From Escherichia phage ECO4, in the sequence record NC_054911.1: a stretch of DNA of 64,000 nt; one strand, written 5' to 3'. The notes below the pieces were generated by a model, which worked only from the letters and a program-made list of their open reading frames with translations, made no database searches and was not told the origin of the DNA. Positions 58,754 through 64,000 of this stretch are shown piece after piece. The position numbers and the translations under genes are program-made. How positions within the stretch are numbered: position 1 is the first letter of the stretch; each line of letters begins with the position of its first letter.

Positions 58754-59101
58754 TCAATACGGTTTAGCATCAAATTTTCTCTCAATTTCAGGCGTGAAAT
58801 ATAATTCTTTACCGCGTTTGGAAAAGCGACCAATAATATGATAATTATTCTCATCAAACGTGATATTACCAATATCCATAGCTTTCAACCAAATATCGAT
58901 ATTTCTATCCAGCTTTATGTCAAAATTCCAATACGGAGAACTATTACCGAAAATACTACAAGCGGATTCAGTGAAACAACTGCTATAAATCTTGTCTTTA
59001 GGAACTACTAATTGATAGACACCTTTAATAAACTGAGGACCCTGCCACTTTGGCTGTTTCTCATCTTTTTCTAATAGAATAGGGTAATAATTAAAATTCA
59101 T
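58754..59101 (-). CDS. ORFan (115 aa) inserted between frd and td
   Basis: ATG 59101 lies 19 nt after the frd stop; no recognisable motif; flanked upstream by GC-rich CGCGCGGCGG and downstream by a promoter-like TATTATAAT and SD before td. Confidence 0.65.
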   Translation of the reverse strand: MNFNYYPILLEKDEKQPKWQGPQFIKGVYQLVVPKDKIYSSCFTESACSIFGNSSPYWNFDIKLDRNIDIWLKAMDIGNITFDENNYHIIGRFSKRGKELYFTPEIERKFDAKPY

Positions 59102-59120
59102 ATTTCCGCCGCGCGTTATT

Positions 59121-59943
<823 letters not shown>

Positions 59944-59947
<4 letters not shown>

Positions 59948-60303
59948 ATTACCTCCCACTGAAAGGGGCCAGAAGCAAATCCGCTATCTTTAATCATTTT
60001 AACTAAAGTTACCATTCCTCTGTTAACTGCTTGCGAGATTTCATCAAAAACTTCATCACTATCACCATAAAGATCGCTAAAAAGTTCTAACACGTTCTTC
60101 TGAACTTTTAATTTACAGCCAACAAATTCGCCTACAGTAAATTCGTTTCCGCCAACTCCAGCGTAAAACGTAATTACACCAGTTAATGGTCTTTCACTAG
60201 AACATAGGTCGTGTGATAAATTAATATAAGCCGTCCCGGGTGCAGTTTTAAGTTGGCAACGAATACTTACTCGAGCAATTCCAGCTACACGAATGTCAGA
60301 CAT
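59944..60303 (-). CDS. hypothetical protein
   Basis: 119-aa ORF; ATGA stop/start overlap with downstream gene; may correspond to T4 frd.2. Confidence 0.7.
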
Positions 60304-60313
60304 ATTATTTTCC

Positions 60314-60556
60314 TCAAATAGACTTTTTCACAATTTTCCAATCAGCTTTAAACTGCTCGACGTCAGAATGGTAAATCCAAAATCCTGCGCTTTCTCCATC
60401 CTCATAAAGAGGGCATCCATCACATTCATCTTCCCATCCCATATCGCGTAAAAGGTGTTCAGCTTTTTCAACAAGTTCAGAATCTTTACCGATGATATTA
60501 AAATACCATTTACCTCTAACTTCTGAATCTTTGATACTCTGACGTTGTAATCTCAT
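60314..60556 (-). CDS. hypothetical protein
   Basis: 80-aa ORF with AAGGAG SD; may correspond to T4 frd.3. Confidence 0.7.
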   Translation of the reverse strand: MRLQRQSIKDSEVRGKWYFNIIGKDSELVEKAEHLLRDMGWEDECDGCPLYEDGESAGFWIYHSDVEQFKADWKIVKKSI

Positions 60557-60566
60557 TTTATTCTCC

Positions 60567-60635
60567 TTAGCAAGCTTTAATCAAAAGATATAAACAGACC
60601 AACATAACTGCTGCCATAATATAAGGTGCGAACAT
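60567..60635 (-). CDS. 22-aa hydrophobic micropeptide (MFAPYIMAAVMLVCLYLLIKAC), not in ORF track
   Basis: My own translation; GGAGAAAAGAAAATG SD-start, stop TAA overlaps the SD of the next gene; early promoter 60666-60695 upstream; single predicted TM helix. Confidence 0.45.
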   Translation of the reverse strand: MFAPYIMAAVMLVCLYLLIKAC

Positions 60636-60665
60636 TTTCTTTTCTCCATTAGTTTTGATAGGGTA

Positions 60666-60695
60666 ATAGTATCACACTACTACCCCGTTGTAAAC
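60666..60695 (-). promoter_or_regulatory. T4 early-type promoter upstream of the micropeptide / small-ORF operon
   Basis: GTTTAC, 18 nt, TACTAT on the coding strand. Confidence 0.45.
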
Positions 60696-60697
60696 AA

Positions 60698-60958
60698 TTA
60701 TTTTTGAATTTTATCGAGCCACTTACCAAGCTTAATCATTTCTTTAGTAGCCTTTTCCATACTTCTGAACTTAACCAATAGAGGATAGGTATCGACACCC
60801 ATAACTAAACTGGTTACAAGACTGTGTTCACCCACAAGCCATAACGAATACGTTTGAATATCGAGTCCGTAATTTCTGTCTTTATGGACCCGTACACCCA
60901 TCACTTCAAATTTCTCACTAGCTTTTTCTACCGCATCCAGGAAATCATCTTTAGTCAT
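60698..60958 (-). CDS. hypothetical protein
   Basis: 86-aa ORF from ATG 60958 (MTKDDFLDAVEK), TAATATG coupling to upstream ORF. Confidence 0.6.
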   Translation of the reverse strand: MTKDDFLDAVEKASEKFEVMGVRVHKDRNYGLDIQTYSLWLVGEHSLVTSLVMGVDTYPLLVKFRSMEKATKEMIKLGKWLDKIQK

Positions 60959-60959
60959 A

Positions 60960-61346
60960 TTAGGCCTTAAAAGTTTTTCGCAAAAGTTCAATGATTTCAT
61001 CTACATTGTTTTCGTCAACAATGCAGTGAATTTTTGTTACGCCAGAAACTATACCTTCATTAGCGGATTGAGGCTTTTCTAAAGTTACCTCAGTAAAGTA
61101 TTTGAATTCTTCAGGGTAAATCTCAAAATACGTCTCAAGTGGGCCACCCGCCATGTATTCAGTGCCGTCTTCCATAGTTACACGTACCACACAGTCACCA
61201 GCACAATCATCACTTTCCATTTCATCTACAACAAAACTAGGTCCGTGCTTCTCTATTAAATTTAGCATCATTACATTGCAACGGCACTCGTTAGCAAAGT
61301 CATTTTTAAATAAAGGGTTAATGATATAAGTTTTTCCAACTTCCAC
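60960..61346 (-). CDS. hypothetical acidic protein; probable GTG start
   Basis: 128-aa ORF; GAGGA SD 7 nt before GTG 61346; first in-frame ATG is 25 codons in. Confidence 0.55.
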   Translation of the reverse strand: MEVGKTYIINPLFKNDFANECRCNVMMLNLIEKHGPSFVVDEMESDDCAGDCVVRVTMEDGTEYMAGGPLETYFEIYPEEFKYFTEVTLEKPQSANEGIVSGVTKIHCIVDENNVDEIIELLRKTFKA

Positions 61347-61392
61347 TTTGATTTCCTCATTTTAACGGGGCTATCAAATAGCCCCTTGATAA

Positions 61393-61623
61393 TTATTGTT
61401 CAATCAGTCCCATGTAAAATTCTGCGTCTTCAGAATCCATGCCATCGCAATATTCATTAGCCATAAAGCGGGTAAGGTCTTCAAGAGGACCTTCAATGAC
61501 AATAGAAAAATTGCAATAATTGGGATCATCATGAATACTTGTGATACTAAGTTCAGGATAACGATTACGAATAATCTCTTCAATATATTCAAAATCAACG
61601 ATGTCAATATCAACTTTAGCCAT
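61393..61623 (-). CDS. hypothetical acidic protein
   Basis: 76-aa ORF from ATG 61623 ([16 protein letters not shown]) with AAAGAGGAAAA SD; track extension to 61749 would span the gene 32 terminator. Confidence 0.6.
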   Translation of the reverse strand: MAKVDIDIVDFEYIEEIIRNRYPELSITSIHDDPNYCNFSIVIEGPLEDLTRFMANEYCDGMDSEDAEFYMGLIEQ

Positions 61624-61666
61624 ATTATTTTCCTCTTTAATCATCAGCAGTATTGCCGATAGTTGT

Positions 61667-61696
61667 ATAGTACCATAAAGCCTTATGTTTGTAAAC
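61667..61696 (-). promoter_or_regulatory. T4 early-type promoter downstream of the gene 32 terminator
   Basis: GTTTAC, 18 nt, TACTAT; precedes SD and ATG 61623. Confidence 0.45.
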
Positions 61697-61719
61697 CGTT
61701 TTGTGAAAAAATTTTTGAA

Positions 61720-61746
61720 ATAAAAAAAGGGGACCTCTAGGGTCCC
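61720..61746 (-). terminator. rho-independent terminator after gene 32
   Basis: Coding-strand GGGGACC-CTAG-AGGTCCCC followed by TTTTTTTATTTC. Confidence 0.8.
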
Positions 61747-61769
61747 CAATTAATTAGTAATATAATCTA

Positions 61770-62678
61770 TTAAAGGTCATTCAAAAGGTCATCCAGGTCC
61801 GTGTCATCAGCACTAGATGAACTGCCAGAGCTTGAGCTCATAAAATCATCTTCAGTTTTTGTATTGAAGTCATCAACATTGAATGCATCCAAATCATCAG
61901 CAACTTTATCAGCTTTCTTAGCAGCAGTTGCAGCGGCACCGCCAATCACAGCAGTTCCCATAACTTGACCGAATTTAGTATTCAGTTCTTCAAACGATTT
62001 GAATTTATCTTTAGAAGTCATTTCAGAAAGGTCAACCATTTGTTCGAACAGTTCTTTCTGGAAAGATTCATCGTCAATGTTTGGAATCGCAGATTGATTC
62101 AGGAATTTAGATTCGTCGTAGTTACTAAAACCAGAAACTTGTTTAACTTTCAGTACAAAGTTAGCACCTTCCCACGGACAAGTTACATCAACCGGAGTTT
62201 CACCCATTTCAACATCAACTGCAATCATTGCATTGATTTTATCCCAGATTTTCTTACCGAAACGGTATTTAAATACTTTACCTTCATTTTCTGGAGCAGC
62301 TGGGTCTTTTACTACAAGAATGTTAGCCCAGTAAGAAGTTTTACGTTTAACAAGACCGTACTCTTTATTGTCAGTGTTGTATAAATCATTTTTATTGATG
62401 TACTGACATACTGGGCAAGAATCGTAATCACCGTGGGTAGATGAACAGTTTTCAATATACCATTTACCATTTTTCTTGAAACCGTGATTTACAAGAATTG
62501 TGAATGGTGCTTGTTCATCATTTTTAGACGGAAGAAAACGAATTACTGCTTGACCGTTACCTGCATTGTCGAGTTTCAGTTTCCACTCGCCTTTATCTTC
62601 AGAAGAAAAACCACCTTTATTTCCAGCCAGTTTAGCCATTTGTGCAGCGAGTTCAGCAGTAGATTTACGTTTAAACAT
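61770..62678 (-). CDS. 32: single-stranded DNA-binding protein gp32
   Basis: 301-aa [40 protein letters not shown]; acidic C-terminal tail [12 protein letters not shown]. Confidence 0.98.
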   Translation of the reverse strand: MFKRKSTAELAAQMAKLAGNKGGFSSEDKGEWKLKLDNAGNGQAVIRFLPSKNDEQAPFTILVNHGFKKNGKWYIENCSSTHGDYDSCPVCQYINKNDLYNTDNKEYGLVKRKTSYWANILVVKDPAAPENEGKVFKYRFGKKIWDKINAMIAVDVEMGETPVDVTCPWEGANFVLKVKQVSGFSNYDESKFLNQSAIPNIDDESFQKELFEQMVDLSEMTSKDKFKSFEELNTKFGQVMGTAVIGGAAATAAKKADKVADDLDAFNVDDFNTKTEDDFMSSSSGSSSSADDTDLDDLLNDL

Positions 62679-62738
62679 TTTTATTTCCTTTTTAATTTAA
62701 TTAACAGTTGGTGCTATGACGATGTATGACCTCATAGC
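62679..62738 (-). promoter_or_regulatory. gene 32 5' leader: autoregulatory translational operator with pseudoknot-forming element
   Basis: Leader GUGCUAUGAGGUCAUACAUCGUCAUAGCAC followed by unstructured A/U-rich tract to the SD and ATG; matches the T4 gene 32 operator as I recall it. Confidence 0.7.
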
Positions 62739-62761
62739 TGGTCAGTGAGATAATTATAATC

Positions 62762-62769
62762 TATTTATA
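62762..62769 (-). promoter_or_regulatory. T4 late promoter TATAAATA for gene 32
   Basis: Exact TATAAATA on the coding strand immediately after gp59 stop. Confidence 0.55.
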
Positions 62770-62777
62770 ATAAGCAA

Positions 62778-63431
62778 TTAATACTTACAAGATTTCACAG
62801 TTTCAATAAAAACTTTTTTAGCTTCCTGTGAATCGATATTTAAAATTTTTCTATAAGCCTTTAACTTTATAGAATAATTATTCCAGACTAAATTATCAGT
62901 CTGTTCATCATGTTTATCGATTATATTTAAAAACGAATCAAGCAAGATAAACGTCTCAAACGAAATTATATTCGATTGCAGAAGTTTAAAAATATAACTT
63001 GACTGAACTTTTGGATTATACTCAAAGATTTCTTTAAAAGCAGAAACTTCAACTTTTTTACTAAAATAATAAATGTTGCGAATATCTTCTTCAAACTTAA
63101 ATTTAATTTGCTTTAAGCGTCCGATATATTCACGATAAAACACAAGTGCATCAGCGTCAGAGATGTCGCCAATCCAAGCGTCTTGGTTAGCAACCAAATT
63201 ACTTATAAAGATTAAAGCAAGTTCCTTTAATTTATATTTTTCTGATAACTTCTGGAAAAAATACTTATCCCTTCGCTTTTGATAAGCGGCATCAGACACC
63301 CGCATGCACCAATTATACTTAATAACATCATACTTTCCATTCATATGTTGTTTTATCATTAAGTATAATTTATAAACTGATTTACCATCAATGTATCTTT
63401 CACCACCAGCAGGCATGCGGAGTTTAATCAT
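62778..63431 (-). CDS. 59: helicase loader gp59
   Basis: 217-aa ORF (T4 gp59 is 217 aa), directly upstream of gene 32. Confidence 0.93.
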   Translation of the reverse strand: MIKLRMPAGGERYIDGKSVYKLYLMIKQHMNGKYDVIKYNWCMRVSDAAYQKRRDKYFFQKLSEKYKLKELALIFISNLVANQDAWIGDISDADALVFYREYIGRLKQIKFKFEEDIRNIYYFSKKVEVSAFKEIFEYNPKVQSSYIFKLLQSNIISFETFILLDSFLNIIDKHDEQTDNLVWNNYSIKLKAYRKILNIDSQEAKKVFIETVKSCKY

Positions 63432-63766
63432 AGCAGAAAATCTAATGTATTAGTTTTTTCACAACGAACAACAGAAGGACGTAAAAGATTTTCGTCAATA
63501 GCTTCTGACTGAATTTTTTCAATTATACCCGAAGGAATAAATTTAGCAAATTGAGTTTCAGGAATAGAATTTTCTTCTAAGAATGCTGTTGTAGCTTCAA
63601 GATAACTCATTCCAAACTCTTCTACCATTTTTTCAATGATAAATCCATTTTCTTGTCGATCAAGAAGCTTTGCGATTTCATCTTTTTCCTTTTTAAGGGA
63701 AAGTTCTTTTTCTGAAAGCCCGGCCTCATCGACCGGACGAATATCATTTAGAGAAAACTGTGTCAT
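63428..63766 (-). CDS. 33: late transcription co-activator gp33
   Basis: 112-aa ORF from ATG 63766 (MTQFSLNDIRPVDEAGLSEKEL); track start 63775 is a TTG extension. Confidence 0.9.
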   Translation of the reverse strand: MTQFSLNDIRPVDEAGLSEKELSLKKEKDEIAKLLDRQENGFIIEKMVEEFGMSYLEATTAFLEENSIPETQFAKFIPSGIIEKIQSEAIDENLLRPSVVRCEKTNTLDFLL

Positions 63767-63998
63767 AAAGTTCAACTACCTCTTCAGTTTCAGCTTCAAA
63801 CACATCACGGTTATCTTTATGATATAGAGCCAAAAGACGATTAAACATCTTGCCATCAACACCAAGTTCATCTTTGGCACGAATTCGAATATCTTTAATC
63901 AATTCATTATAACCGGAAATTTTCAGTTTATGATCAGATGCTTCTTTAATAAATTTAGCCAAGTCTTCGCCGTGGATAGCTTCATCAAATTCAACCAT
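63744..63998 (-). CDS. dsbA: dsDNA-binding protein DsbA (late transcription enhancer); start near window edge
   Basis: 84-aa ORF from ATG 63998, overlapping gp33 start; position upstream of gene 33. Confidence 0.75.
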   Translation of the reverse strand: MVEFDEAIHGEDLAKFIKEASDHKLKISGYNELIKDIRIRAKDELGVDGKMFNRLLALYHKDNRDVFEAETEEVVELYDTVFSK

Positions 63999-64000
63999 TT

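Noticed and set aside
61396-61662. Overlapping + and - strand ORFs from the track (61396-61662 +, 61404-61613 -)
   Set aside because: Alternative frames over the better-supported 76-aa ORF 61393-61623; no translation signals.

Overview
This window is a contiguous stretch of a T4-like (Tequatrovirus-type) myovirus genome, identified by direct recognition of T4 protein sequences and gene order; no database search was possible. It runs from the 3' end of baseplate gene 9 through the structural block (10, 11, 12, wac, 13-20, 67, 68, 21, 22, 23, 24) on the + strand, then rnlB/24.2/24.3/hoc/inh (-), a GIY-YIG seg gene, uvsW, uvsY, baseplate hub genes 25-26-51-27-28-29-48-54, the alt locus, DNA ligase 30 and the 30.1-30.9 small ORFs, rIII, 31, cd, pseT, a spanin pair, alc, rnlA, denA, nrdB-mobE-nrdA, td (split by a 1016-nt group I intron encoding I-TevI), frd, a small-ORF cluster, 32, 59, 33 and dsbA. 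It is not the T4 reference: nrdB is intronless, there is no seg ORF between 32 and 59, and Hoc carries an extra Ig-like domain. The most interesting observations are (1) a ~412-bp insertion carrying a 115-aa ORFan exactly at the frd/td junction that overlaps in T4, (2) an in-frame amber codon splitting RNA ligase 2 (rnlB), (3) tandem Alt-type ADP-ribosyltransferase paralogs with a NADAR-like protein (30.3) a few kb away, (4) a perfect 54-bp duplicated early promoter/leader cassette 15.3 kb apart, and (5) more small ORFs between frd and gene 32 than I recall for T4, including a 22-aa hydrophobic peptide. No tRNA, rRNA or CRISPR array was seen. Gene symbols for the small ORFs rest on synteny and ORF counting from memory and are provisional.
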